From assembly GCF_964355755.1 (NCBI RefSeq), contig NC_092675.1, forward strand, positions 10,969,812 through 11,033,811: a stretch of DNA of 64,000 nucleotides, in the 5' to 3' direction. A program made the position numbers and the translations under genes. The notes below the pieces were generated by a model. The model ran no database searches, was not told the DNA's origin, and saw only the letters and a program-made list of their open reading frames with translations. Positions 13,509 through 26,862 of this stretch are shown in pieces. Source of the stretch: Antedon mediterranea (taxonomy: Eukaryota > Animalia > Echinodermata). The number at the start of each line of letters is the position of its first letter. The first letter of the stretch is position 1.

Positions 13509-15715
13509 ACGCCACAACATTTCTAAATACTGTTTGAATTGGCCAGATGACAAGGAGTAAAGGCCAGACATAGACAATTGTAACATTATAATAATATTTA
13601 GTTTGTAAATAAAATTATTTTTGGAATACATCAAATTGACATTGAAGTAATGCATGGACAGACACCAAAATACACTAAAATAACATAGTAAGGACACTAA
13701 ACTATGTGTCAAAATTGATTTGAAAAGTATGTGAGTTACCCAGTATTTCTCATATCAAAATATATCTACTGTAGTGTTTAAGTGGGCCTGATGAGAAAGC
13801 GTAACAATAAGACACCTTAACAGTTAGTGTTCACACTGTGTATAAGTATATAACAACACCAAAAAATACACTAAAAGGAAGAGGTATGTCAACTTCAAAT
13901 TGTAATTTCATGGAAACAAAGAAAAAAACCCCTCCAATTTTTTTATATGTTGTAGTTGACACGTAGGGCTACATTTTTCGTGATAGTCACCAACAAATCG
14001 GGCGTGTTCCACGGTGTCAATTTCAAGGTCAAAATATATTTCAAAGTTTTATTAAACTTAAAATTAACATAAAACACACACAATTAGTATATTTAGATTC
14101 CTTATGGTCTCCCCTTTACAAAAATACCTTTGCTTTTAAAATTGAACCTATAGTTCCCGAGATACAGCTCTTTGAAACGTGGCGGACGCGCCCTTTTTTG
14201 CGTAAAAACCGAAAATTGAAATTGCGATATCTCGAAAACCGTTGGTCCGATAAAGTTAAAATTTGAAATTTTGACTTTAATTGCTATGAATCACCCATAT
14301 ACCAAATTTCATCAAAATTGGAAGAGGTAGGGTTTAACTCATTGGGTGATCTGAGATGGAATGACCCAATAAGCGGAGAACTGAATCCCCCGTAAGGAAA
14401 ATGGTAAACACTGATATTTATGGTAGGGATTATTTTTTTCAGTGGTTGGTCTTGTTGGCTTCTTCGCACCAGGTCCACGCAAAGTCAAGTCAAATAAAAC
14501 GATGTGGTTTATCAAACAGAAATATAAATTAGCTTTAATTCATTACTAAATTAGCCAGATTTTGATAATAAGAAAGGCTAAAAAATTGTTATCGTTAAAA
14601 TTGACATATGAGGCGGATGTACATAATAATAATAACCGATTTACATATCAAAATAAAGAGTATTTAAAGCCTGATAACATGCAACAAAAATTACTCCACC
14701 ACCTATTATGGACCTCGTGCGATCGGGTGCGAAAATGGGTAGGTGTTTTCCAAAGTTATTTTTAGCGCGCAGATTTCGGCTCGCCGGCTTTTGTACCTCA
14801 TTTTTAACTCGTGTTTTCTATTAAAATATTTAATAAACATAGATTAAAAATATATAAAAAAAATCCCTTAAACAAGATCTTTCCAGGCATATAATTTTTA
14901 TTCTCATGGGTACATAAGAAATAGTATATTTTTAACTTCAAAGACACGTCACTTTTTGAAATTTCACGAACGTGTTAAAATCGCGGTAACGAAAATCAGC
15001 TTCATTGGGATAAATAATAATAATATAAATGTAAAAGAAGTAAAATAACAAACAAATACATGCATTATTTATTTAATAAACATTTTTGCGAATTTTTATG
15101 GTTTTTTAAATTTGGCTAAAGGATTTTCAATTTGGCTAATGTTTTTCAAAACCTTTCGCCATTTTGGCGAACGAAAATTTGACCTTAGCGCGAGCGTAGA
15201 ATGTGCTAAATCATATAACATTGGTTGCTGATGGTATCTACAATATCTAAGCTGGGCTAGTTGGGGGAAGGGGGGTCTCTAGTCTAACTTTAGGGTGTCT
15301 GGCACTTACGGTGCAGCAGACAATTAGTCTGTTGTTATCCATTTAGTATTGTATGAACACAACTTGTTCATTTGGCATTAAATTTGAGTGGTACCTCACT
15401 CATCTATGCTAACCCCTTTTTAGGCCCTCCCTCGGGGAGTCTGGCGGGCCTTTTGCAGCAGAGAAAAAGTCTGTCGTTTGTGATACTGGTATAAGGATGC
15501 CAATGGGCATCCCATGGTGGTAAAATTAGGTGGTATCTCTCTCATCTAACCTGGGTCGATTTTTTAGCACGTTTCGGGGTCCCCCGGTCTAGACGCAGCA
15601 GGGGGTACCCGGCAGACTCCCATTTTCATTGACTTCAAGTGACTCCCAAAACACTTAAATAGTCAGATATTGGTACCTAGCTCATCTAACCAAATGTCTC
15701 TGGGCTGCCTGTCTA

Positions 15716-16010
15716 CTAGGCTAGCCTAGTATAATTATTTAAGTAGGTTGTTCGACTGCTGACCAATACAATACTAAGAATAAGATATCCCATTGTCAGT
15801 GGCCTAACCTAGTAGTACTACTACTAGGATAGGCCTAGCCTAGCTGGTAAGCCTACTAACTAAAAAGGGCCTAGGCTAGAAGACTAGGCCTGCTGTAGAT
15901 TAAAAAAAAGAAACTAGCCTACTAGCTAGGGCCTACTAGCCTAGGCTCTAGGCCTACTAGGCCTACTAGGCTATAGAGAGAGAGGCTAGCCTAGTAGTTA
16001 GGCTATATTA
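15716..16010. repeat. TAGGCCTA/CTAG low-complexity tract
   Basis: Dense TAGGCCTA, CTAGG and TAGC motifs; similar tracts at 60-190, 26686-26726, 35288-35350, 57145-57170 and 58815-58880. Confidence 0.7.
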
Positions 16011-16092
16011 TTAAGTATTATTGATTAAACAACGTTGAAATAAAATCAAAATAACGTTCACATTGTTGTTGAAATAATACACTTTAACTTAC

Positions 16093-16109
16093 TCTTTATT
16101 TGATGCCAT
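16093..16109 (-). CDS. Possible short first coding exon (MASNK-) of an unidentified host gene
   Basis: Minus strand gaacATGGCATCAAATAAAGA|gtaagt with a consensus donor; CpG-richer sequence and a CCAAT motif upstream (~16260-16380). No downstream exon recognised. Confidence 0.3.
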
Positions 16110-16877
16110 GTTCTAAATACGTATTTTTCGCTTTTTTATCTATATAAATTGTTTCTTTGTTACAGACGTCCTTGTTTAGTCCACGATCGCTAATAACACG
16201 TACGTACACACACACACTCTCTCTCAGTAGTAGGCCTAGAGCTGCTAAGCTGCTGTGTCACGGTGTGTAGTTGGTTTTGGTGGCGGTACGTGTGTTGTGA
16301 TTGTGTGTGTTTCTCTACTCCAGGTACATGACGCCGTTGTCGTTGATGTCGAGCCAACCAATCGACAGCGTTTACGTGTTATTTAGGGACTTTTCGGGTC
16401 ATCATTTTTTTTTTCAGTGACACACGTGATTTGTCGTTGTAATGTGTGCAACAACAAAAAAACAATTTAATTTCATTTCATTATTTATTTGGTCTATTTA
16501 AGTATATACAAAACAAAAAAAACTGAAATTGGGGATACCAGGGTCAACCTAAGTGAACTTAATCACTGTAGCTGAGCCGCTCGACTTTTGACGAAACAGT
16601 TTTGATAATTGTTCTTTCTTTATTATATAATGTTTTTTTAATTTATATTCTATTTATAATTTAAGAAATAATGATTTATTTAATTATTTGTGTTGAGATG
16701 AATCAGTAGTAAACATTTTGTGTAGCGTAAAATATAGTCTGAAATCATGTTTAATTATAAAGTATTCTGTTTTGTATATTATGATTGGATTCGGTTTTCC
16801 TTCTGTAGTTGATTTAGCTTATCAATCAATTAATTAAATTCGCAATCAAACAACAATCAACTATTATTAATTAAGTA

Positions 16878-17470
16878 CGGTGGCCCACAACTGTCACGCA
16901 CACTATAACACACAAATCACACAATTAAGGAATTACACAATTAAAGAAGGAATACAATTAAGGAAGAAATCGCACAAATAAAGAAGAAACGCGCAATTAA
17001 GAAGAGCAAGCACAATTAAAGAAGTCCGCAACAAATTCGAAAGCAAGCTCCTCGCACAATAAAGAAGTCCGCTACAAATTCGAAAGCTCCTCGCACAATT
17101 AAAGAAGTCCGCAACAAATTCGAAAGTACCTCGCACAATTAAAGTACAGTAGTCCGTATGGAACGCCATCGCTGCCTCCGGCAGTAAACTTAAATTCTAT
17201 TCGGATCTTTTACCATTAAGTTCGGCTCTTTTATCGTTCGGCGCATTTCTATTCGGCCCATTTACCATTACGTTCGGCTCTTTCAGCATTCGGCGCATTT
17301 CTATTTGGCCCATTTACCATTACGTTCGGCTCCTTCAGCATTCGGATCTTTTTTATTCGGCCCATTTAACATTACGTTCGACTCTTTTTAATTCGGCCCT
17401 TTTTTATTCGGCTCTTTCTGCATTACGTTCGGCTCTTTTTGATTTGGTCCTTTTTTATACGGCGGCGCAA
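16878..17470. repeat. MITE-like remnants with short subterminal tandem repeats
   Basis: TA-CGGTGGCCCACAACTGTCACG start, ~40-bp repeats GCACAATTAAAGAAGTCCGCAACAAATTCGAAAG (17009-17145), then TTCGGCYC repeats (17200-17460). Opposite termini not found. Confidence 0.4.
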
Positions 17471-19666
17471 TTAAATTCTAACATTTTACTAACCTGGGGT
17501 CAAATGGAAGAAAATCAACGGCTGGAAATGAGTCTATGAAAAGTTTACAAAACATATAGATGCAGCATGTAGAGTGTTTAGTTGGTTGAATTAAATGAAT
17601 TTGAAGGCTATTTCAATAGTAAGGGCAACATTCGATAAATTGAGGTGAATTTTTATTCGATGGTATATAAAGTTGGTTCGTACTTTCGGTAATCATTTTA
17701 ACCATCTGATGTAACCCTGTTTACTAATTAAATTGAGTTAAATAATTAGTTATTGACAATAAAAACGAATTTAGGTTCAACGATTTGCCCCAAATAGGAG
17801 TGTTTCGTGGTTGTTGTATACACTCACTGTCTAATGGATGTCAATCTTGAAAATTACCCGCACACAATAATACGAGGATGCTTCGCACTTTTCTATCTTT
17901 TCTTACGATAATTGTTTTTAATAGCTAAAAATCGGTTGAACAGCTCGAGTACAGCATCATAATGTTGAAGACAGTCCGATTTTCTTTAAAAAATACTACA
18001 TTTTGATAGATTTGATATACGTTTATACAAATGTTTTGATCGGCGATAAATGGAACATTCCAATTTCTGTTCCACAAGTTTCTATTCCCTCAGGCGTCGT
18101 AAAGACAAGTACAGTCATAACAGAAATTCGATCCATTTTTTTTTTCCAATCTGTGCTGCAGAGGTTGGATATAGGTATTTTGTTAACAGATAATGAGCTA
18201 GCCTTTCCAGTCGTCGTCTATTATGTACAATCAACTTAATTATTGCAGTAAACCACCATCCACACCACCACCCTCCTCCTCACTGGCATGAGTAGCGTTG
18301 TAAAGCCAGTAGAGGCTTACAGTACGAAAGATCACATGCCCTAAACGCAGAACAACTTTGATGGTTAGGAATTAAGTATGAATTGGCTCTAAGAAACAAT
18401 TGAAAACCATTAGGCCTATACTAATTAAGTTGAGTTAGATAATTATCTATTGACGATTAAAGCGAATTTACGATTTTCCCCGAATAGAGGTGTTTACTTT
18501 ATTACTGACAGTTCCTTCTGAACGTTTGTATTAATTAATAATGTAATAAAAATAAAAACGTCGTATTAGTGATGTATCGTTACATGTACTGTAATATTTC
18601 AATCAATATGACGGTGACAGTTTCAACAAAATCGCAATGTTTTACTGTGTTTAGTGTATATTATTTGTAAAACATGAAAACAATTAATATTTCGTTACTA
18701 ATGGATAAAGAATACATTTTAAAATAATTGTTCGTCTTTGCACCCATCCTCTTTCCCATCCATCAACCCTAATGTTACATACAAAATACAAATTCAGTTT
18801 GTTACAAAACAATTGGTCTTATTTTGTGACAAGTTTCTCTTTCGGAAGTAATTCCCAAGGTGCTAATTTTATCTATCTAGTCTATTGTAATTTTGCATAG
18901 TATTTTATAGGTTCCGAAATAAAAACCAAAGGCGTGTCAGTTCGTAATTAGACCAAAATTCACATTCAGATTATTGATAGACATATATTATGCTGTACTG
19001 CTGTTTGAACAACTTAAACAATTGGAAATCAATTGGCTTTTTTCTTTTTTTTTAGTACTCTTAGATGGTTTTCGAAATAGGCTTTACTGCCAGTAAGTAT
19101 TGTGATCAAAATGCCATTTTAAACTGTAAAAGAAATGTACGAATATAACTCGATCATACATTCTTTTCTTTTTGAGATGTGCTTTCAAAATTAATCTCAG
19201 GCTTCTTTGTCGAGGTTTTACGGTATATTTATTTATTTAAAAAAGAGGAAAAATTACTGCTAATGTACATTGTTGAAACAGATTCAGAATTTAATTTGCT
19301 GCAACGATACAATAGTAATTTGACAAACAATTCTGTGTCATAGTAGTAGATATTGATGGTATAGTCCGTTTATAGGTTGTTTTTACAAAATTGTAAATAT
19401 TAGTCAGCTGTACAAATTACTGAAAAACAAATTACTAGGAAGTATGAAACAATAGGTATTGTGTTTCGGGGTATATAACAATAGAGGTATTACCGTATAT
19501 AATTTAAATTAGTTACATGCTATCATGTTGTGTTGGTAAAATTTAAAGTGAAAAAAAGGGTTTATGGGCTGTTTTTACAATATTGTAAATATTAGTCAGT
19601 ACAAAGTACTGAAGAGTAAATGACTACGGAAGTATGAAACAATAGGTATTGTGTTTCGGGGTATAA

Positions 19667-20260
19667 TAGACAAGTTCTATTTCCTCTGAAATAATGGTGT
19701 AAGAAGCATTTTTGGGTAGAAGCTGGGATCCACTTGATTTAGGATATTTCGACCTCGCTGATTACGAATATGGCGGATCCCAAGCGAAATTCGGCCATCT
19801 AAGCCTTAATTTGCATTATTAAAAATGGCGGCCATTTTTTATAATTACCCTATATCTCGAGAAACACTAGTCACAGATAATTAATTTTGGTGTCAAAATG
19901 TTTTAAATATATGTTTTTATATTCACTTTAATGACACATTTTCTAAAAAAATGGATGCAAGTCTTATTTCTGACATTTTATTTATCGTATCTCAGTAACC
20001 AATAATCGGAGAGACACCAAATAGGGCTCAAATTGTTCAGAAACTATACCTTCATATTTATTATAATGAAATGTTTTTACAAAAAATGGCCGATTCTACA
20101 ACTATTGACCTTTGAACTATTAGTCAAATATAATAATATAATAATAATATAACTTTGAAAATTGTGGTCTTATGAATTTTTTTTTCTGTTTAAATTGTTT
20201 AAAACATGTGTGTTTCTATCGAGTCTAATGGCACATTTTGTACAAAAATGGCCGATAGTA
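19667..20260. mobile_element. Left part of a truncated Academ-like element
   Basis: Starts TAGACAAGTTCTATTTCC and contains GATTACGAATATGG, also present in the TIR of 41462-44559. No matching right end seen. Confidence 0.35.
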
Positions 20261-21540
20261 TGGTTATTGACCTTTAAACTACAGCATAGGCCTACTGTAT
20301 ACTAATAATATAATTGCATAACTATAAAATTATTTATACACAATAATAATTAGTAAAATTATAAAATTCACTGCCATCAAATATGATGTATTATGATTTA
20401 TATAGATTAAAAAAAAAATTTGAACACGCAAGTTACATTTGTTGAAATTTGAAATTTGAAATTACCTGCCATCAATATGTTGGAGTATGATTATAGATTT
20501 TTAAAAATGTGAACATGTCAGCTACATTTGGAAATTACCTGCCATCAATATGATGGATTATGATTATAGATTTGAACACGCAAGAAAATTGCCCTGACAT
20601 GTCCTTAAAAAAAAATTTTTTTTTAATTAAAAAAATTTAATATGCAAAACATTCTAGATAATTGAGGTCATTTGAGGTCATTTTAAGATGAAATTGGGAT
20701 ATTGGCAACCTATGACAACAAGACGGCAATTTTCATAGAATTTGAGATAAAAGACACTAATTATTTTTTGTCGTATTGAAGATGATTACTTTATTTTTTA
20801 ATTTATACAAAATTTTGATGGGTTTCATACTATTTGGTTAAAATTTAGGGGAAAAAACTGTAGTTTTTATTGTTTTTAGCTCAAAAATTGCATGTATTCA
20901 AAATATTTTTCAAAATAAATGTAAACAAATCCTGTCAACTCAATGCAATTTATTTTCAAAAACTGTGCTGACATGTCATTTAAAAAAAAAAATTTAAAAA
21001 ATTAGCCACTTTTTGGGCATTGCTTCCTCTACTATAGTGGAAAATCGGCTTAAATATACTGTACCCCCACTGTACCTCGAATTCGAGATTACGGTATGTA
21101 TAACCAAAGAATATATATCACAAGAATGAGTAATCCGCGATTTTCCCTGTAACAGTAATATTGTCCATGTGGTAGGGCGCCGCCATAAGTGTGGATGTAT
21201 CTGGGATGTATACAACTTTTTGTGACGGTTTCACTAATCAAAGGCTGGACCACCGGTAGTATTTCCTTGATAAACAAGAAATATTTCTTACAAAAAACGC
21301 CGCGTAACTTTTTGACTGGACAGTTGTAAGAACAGTCTTCATTAATCTAATATATAATAGGTCGGCCAATCAAAACGCAAGTGAACAATTGGGACTTTAC
21401 TTGTGATTTATGTCATTGGCCTGTCAGCACAGTCGTTTCTTTCTAGAATTAAACGCACAAACTTGTATTGGGAATAATGTATGTTTATGTGGTTATTACT
21501 ATCGCATTTAGGTATTGATAATAATAATAATATGGCTTTT

Positions 21541-23337
21541 CAGGCCCGTAGCCAGGGGGTTTTTTTGGGGTTCGGGCGAACCCCCCCCCCCCCCCCCCCC
21601 TTTTGCGCGAACCCCCCTTTTACCAGCGAACCCCCCTTGAAAAACAAAGGCCCCACTTCCAAAATCGTGCAATTAATTATCAATTATAACAGATTTTTTG
21701 GTCATTATACTTCTATTGACTATGTTTTAAATCGATCGAATATACAGATTGTCCGATGTCAAAGTCACTGCTGAGCGTGAGATCGAGAGATTGTTGAGAG
21801 ATGATGGTTATAAATATGACAGAAAAACGGACTGACCAATCGCGTGCTTCGGCCGGGCTTTTCGGAACGCACAAGATCACGTTCAGTTCAGTTCAATCTT
21901 TTTGGGGATTTTTATTTTTTTCCTGGAAATATTTTTCATTAAACCAAAGAAATTCACTGTGTAAACTTGAATAAAAATGGTGCTGAGTTAAATTGGTACG
22001 TGTACGTAGGCCTACCGTATATTTCGGTGTATAAGACGCACTTTTGACATGCAAATTTGACCTCTAAATGTTACCCTAATTAATTTAATTACCTACTAAT
22101 ACTTAAATTAATTAAAAATAGTGTACTACTCTGCAATGTAGGCCTAGTTAGTTACTCACTCCTGTCTAACCACAGTGTGGTAACAAGTTTATTGAATGTT
22201 TAGTTAAGGTAAATTGTCATCCGTCCTCGACTGTTAATATTACAGTACGCATTAGATATTCTACCCAGGCCTAGTAATACTCTCTGAACTCGCGGGTGTG
22301 TATTCTAGCAGCATGCAGCATCACAGCGCAACACATTTATGGAAGAGTCCATTAATTACGGTGGTGTCACATTTTAATTACACAATAACTATTTCCCTTG
22401 ATCACGGTGGTTTATTTTTATTACATCTCTATGTCAACAATCACATAATGTTATAATCATGTAGGCAATAGTCGATATCTAAAAGAGTGTGTTGTTATTG
22501 TGTTAAGTAGCTTCCCCTAATCTCATAGTGTGTGCTGGCCACCAGGCAAGGAGCACATGGTTAGTGCTCTCCTCTCCTCATATTGCTGTAATGCATGCAT
22601 GGAAATAGGAAAGATTTTCATATAGGCCTACCCAACATGATATTATAGACATAGGCTAGCCCTACCCACACAGTGCATCGTAACTGAAACAATATGGGGA
22701 TTTCCCTTTTCATTGAACGTTCAGTTGAAGTAGAGACTGATTAAGATGTAATAAAGGCAATCAAACAAAATTATATCATTTGATTCTCATAAATATGTCT
22801 CAAATATCGTTGTTTTATTATTAAAATACCATTGTTTTGATTGTAAAATGTTTAAATTTCGGCCTAGAAATAAGTGCGTCTTATGCATCGACTACATAAA
22901 AAATACTAATATTTCAGTCTCCGTTATGGGTGCGTCTTATACACAGGTGGCACGTGCGACGTGTACACCGAAATATACGGTACTATTTGTTTTTTATGTT
23001 TATAGGATAAGAAATTATTTAAGGGCCTAATATAATATACTACTTTTTTGCAACAATAAAGCTGTATTTCATGATCAGTACTACTAACTTCCATAATACT
23101 GTACTATATAATTTCTCTGCATAACTCAGATGTTAGTAGGTAAAAAATGTCTCTGTAAGCTTATTAAAACAACCGAAATTGCTCTGAGAGCCAAAGTTTC
23201 CAGGGGCCTTCGCCCCCTGGACCCCGACCGGGGGCCCTTGGCGGCCCCCTGGCCCCCAGCCTACAGTTGCTCGCTGCGCTCGCAAAATACTTGGTGTCAA
23301 GAAAACCCCCCTCTGATGCATTCTGGCTACGGGCCTG
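21541..23337. mobile_element. hAT-like MITE with a 5-bp TSD (left arm only)
   Basis: TIR CAGGCCCGTAGCCAG / CTGGCTACGGGCCTG; TSD CTTTT (21536-21540; 23338-23342). Empty site ATGGCTTTTGAATAT is seen in the right arm (~30763-30778). Confidence 0.85.
22015..22980. mobile_element. Tc1/mariner (Tc2/pogo-like) MITE
   Basis: TA TSD; TIR CCGTATATTTCGGTGTA / TACACCGAAATATACGG; internal TAAGACGCAC/GTGCGTCTTA motifs. Confidence 0.85.
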
Positions 23338-23809
23338 CTTTTGAATATATAATTACTGTCTGTAGAATAACATTTATACATTTTCGGTTCGCGATGAAAA
23401 GTTATATGAATGGATTTGTAATATAGGTATTTATAATAATAGTATATGGGTTGTATTATTGCTAAGCTATCACCAAATCACGTTATAACATTATTTCTCA
23501 GGGTTTTTTGCACCATTGATCAATACCAAACGCGTATCGGTATTATAGTTTTTAATGAATCATTACATTAATAAAAATACCCAATTAAATCAATCGCGTC
23601 AGTCCAATTCCGACTTATGTTTCGATCACATAGTTCTGTGTCTACACTGTCCAAATTAGTTTAACAAAAAAAGTGTGATGTGCCCAAATATGGTAGTGAT
23701 ATGCCCGAATATCGTAGTGATATGACATCGTCATGTCTATATAATATGGGCACATCATATTTTGTTTGATAGTATAGACAGAGCTTAAGGATTATATTTA
23801 AAAAATGTT

Positions 23810-24035
23810 TTCTTACATTTTGAAAAAAAGTATTTATTTGTTTATAAGCCCAATTTTCCAGTTTTAATTTTACATTTTGAAAACAAAGTATTTTATTTGT
23901 TGATAAGCCCAATTGTACAGTCTTATTTTACATTTTGAACGAAAGTATTTATTTGTTGATAAGCCCAATTTTGCAGTCTTATTTTACATTTTAAACGAAA
24001 GTATTTATTTGTTGATAAGCCGAATTTTCCAGTTT
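23810..24035. repeat. ~57-bp minisatellite (mirrored at 29385-29470 and 30020-30300)
   Basis: Unit TACATTTTGAACGAAAGTATTTATTTGTTGATAAGCCCAATTTTGCAGTCTTATTT; explains the repetitive NVKLRLENWAYKQINTFFQ ORFs. Confidence 0.85.
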
Positions 24036-24576
24036 AATAATAATGACCCTTCCACAGTGCATTTTACATGATATTGACCGAGGGTTTTTACGCCTCTATA
24101 GCCACTGATCAATACCATAATTAATGTACTTTTTTAAATGAATATTGAAATGTTTCAACATACCCAATTCAAAAAACGGTCCGTTTTCGAGTTCAATATT
24201 TTGATTAGAGAGGTTGGAGTTTCATTTTGAACGAAAGTATTTATTTGATTGATAAGCCAAATTTCTAGTCCTAATGATTTGAGATTCAACGGGTTTTGCT
24301 TTCAATTGTATAATAATATAATTATATATATATATAAATATAATATTAAGTATAATTATGAATTCACCAACACTTTCAGGCCCAATAACAATGATCCCGG
24401 GCCCGAGTTTTTGTAGACCGGATTTCCATGCACAGCCACATGTTAAGGAATATGAATCTCTTTATGATTTTAATATGGTTCGAAATGATATTACACAATA
24501 ACGATTAGACAGCAACTGTGCAAGAGTCCAACTAATAAAATCGGAATGATCAATTAATTGAACATTTACAGCATAA

Positions 24577-24935
24577 GGCCCATACACTAGGACGATAACG
24601 ATCGACGATAAATAGACAAATGTGCATTTTTAATACATAAACCAAAAGAAATATAAACAATTCCTTTGATGACAATTATATTTTCACACGTCCAATCAAA
24701 TGACGTCATGATTAGTAAGACCAATAATATCGTGACAATACAGCGATTTTATTGTTTTCATTTATCATGACGTCATTTGATTGGAATTCGAAAAACATTA
24801 TTTTTATCAAAGACAGCATAAATGATTATCCTATAGGTCTAGAACGAAAACCTTTCTAATTTCTTTTGGTTTATGTAAAAAAAATGCATGCTATATATTC
24901 ATCGTCCGTCGTTATCGTCATAGTGTAATTGGGCC
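24577..24935. mobile_element. PIF/Harbinger-like MITE (duplicate at ~28291-28680)
   Basis: GGCCCATACACTAGGACGATAACGA / TCGTTATCGTCATAGTGTAATTGGGCC with TAA/TTA-like flanks; largely palindromic body. Confidence 0.65.
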
Positions 24936-26862
24936 TTTATACAAAAAAAATAAATTGATTACGAGGTTACATGTCATTTTCACCTATCACCAAAAAACTA
25001 ACCTTTTCAACACTAATTAATTGTTACGAAGCCAATTTATATTATATATTTCATTAAAACTGAACTTTACGGTAAATGAAGAGTAAGTATCAGTTAATAT
25101 GAATAATATAACTAGAGGTCTATGAACTTGCGTCCAGACACAGAACTGTGACATTACTATCATAAATGTTGAAACCACTTATAAAACCTTTTTTTAAAGA
25201 AAATATAATTGTGTTAGGAGAAGGCTAATAAACAAATAGATAATATACAAACCTTTTTCTGGATTAATTAATAGAGCAGGCGTTAATAATAATCTGCTGC
25301 TGCTACCTAGACTGATTGTTCACCTTCTGACGATAATTGATTGGACAGCCCCCCCCCCCCCCCCCACGGCATCTGATAACCAAAAAAAAATTTACCAGGA
25401 CTGTTTCAATGATTTAATATATGACGGCGTATTATTATAACATTGGCCTAGATTGACAGTCAAAAGAAAGTCATTGTAAATACCTCCCTTTATGTTGACA
25501 AAGCCAAAATAAAGTTTTGACCATTATCGAATGATTATTTGACAGTGACTTATTATAATACCGGCCTGGTTTTAAAGATTTCCGTCTACATCTCAATAAT
25601 ACTGTATTATCAGCAAAGGCTTTCATATAGACTCTCTTCTCCCAGACGTTTTTGGGGTCCAGCAGCTACCTATAAATTATAGTCGAGTTTCCAAATTCAC
25701 AAAACTGTCAGTCTTAGATACTAAAGCTACCGCTATGAAACAGCTTATTAATGAATGTGTCCTCCTGGGACATAGCTGGCTAGAGCCGCGGCGCGAAAAT
25801 GTTATCAACTACATGCCAACATCATGTTAAATACTTTTTGGATATTTAATTGTTCGTTTTATGCAATTTATTTAGTAAAAACTGCCGTATAAACAGTTTG
25901 CTTTATCAACCGGGCGCTACGATAGCGTGACCGGGCGTGTTGGTGTTTACGCGTTTTCACGTAGGATAGTTTAATAATATTCCTATATTTAACCTGTTTC
26001 TGGTAAAACAAATAAATGTTAATGACATTTAACATTTTGTCCTATTAATAACATGTATTTTATACTAATTTATATCACAAAAACAATACTTAATTTACCG
26101 GGCGTAGAGTAGTACACGGCAATGGTAAAGAATAGGCCGTGCTGAATAACGATTCGTTGATTTTTGGTGTTGCTGTGTTAGGCCTTTTTTGTGAACTAAC
26201 TTAGCATGTTAGTAAATAATTGTCTGTAAAAGTGAATGTACACTAGTTTGTTAATAAATATGTATTATAAAATAGTTTACAATTGCAAAACTATTATCAT
26301 AATTCTATTTAATGTGACATGTATAATATCTATTAAATCAAGTCTTATTTAGTATGTATACATCCGCCCTTATGAGGGCGGGCATCACTCTCTGGAGTTC
26401 TCTGTTACAAATTTCTCATGCAAAAATCGCGGAATACTCATTCTTGTGATATATATTCTCTGGTATGATGAAACAACATGTGTGCCAAAATATTTATCTT
26501 TTTATGAATCGTTGTAATAAAAATGTGCCAGCAGCAGAACCATCATGTTTACTGTAAGCTTTGTTATATTTTACAGAATGTTTGTTTTGTATGTCTCGGG
26601 TTTTATTCTTGTATTATTACATTTGTTAGTAAAATAGAATCCGTGATCAATATGCTCTTGACGATAAGATCAGCATGCAGAATGTAGCTAGGCCTAGTAG
26701 GCCCTAGGCCTAGTAGGCCTAGGCCTCGATGTCTCGGTCTCATATACTAACGAGGATCGGAACAGAAAGACATCGAGAAGGATACACATAGTAGGTCAAC
26801 CTGTACCGGGTGCAGGTCAAGTCGGCCCCCAAACCGTCTCGGCCCCCAAACCGTCTCGGTCC

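Larger units (their letters stand above)
11613..14367 (+). mobile_element. Sola2 DNA transposon, internally deleted, with ~690-bp TIRs
   Basis: GGGTCATTCCATCTCAG / CTGAGATGGAATGACCC termini; 4-bp TSD AATA (11609-11612; 14368-14371); near-identical arms 11613-~12304 and ~13679-14367; transposase remnant between them. Confidence 0.85.
10683..15198. mobile_element. hAT-like non-autonomous element
   Basis: TIR TAGGCTCGCGCTAA / TTAGCGCGAGCGTA; 8-bp TSD CAATGTGC (10675-10682) / GAATGTGC (15199-15206); subterminal TTCGCCA/TGGCGAA motifs. Confidence 0.8.
3092..15715. mobile_element. Academ-like non-autonomous element with ~0.8-kb TIRs, carrying a Penelope remnant and nested insertions
   Basis: Termini TAGACCGGCAGCCCAGAGACATTTGG / CCAAATGTCTCTGGGCTGCCTGTCTA; 3-bp TSD CTA (3089-3091; 15716-15718). 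Left arm 3092-~3875 is mirrored by 6488-6959 + 10554-10682 + 15199-15715. Arms contain ~150-160-bp tandem subrepeats. Confidence 0.75.

Noticed and set aside
13787-13805. CTGATGAGAAAG as a hammerhead core (mirrored at ~12185-12200)
   Set aside because: No helix II between CUGAUGA and GAAA; part of the Sola2 TIR.
17900-18240. Coding-like stretch (78-aa ORF and opposite-strand frames)
   Set aside because: No recognisable motif, and stops in the alternative frames; cannot be supported.
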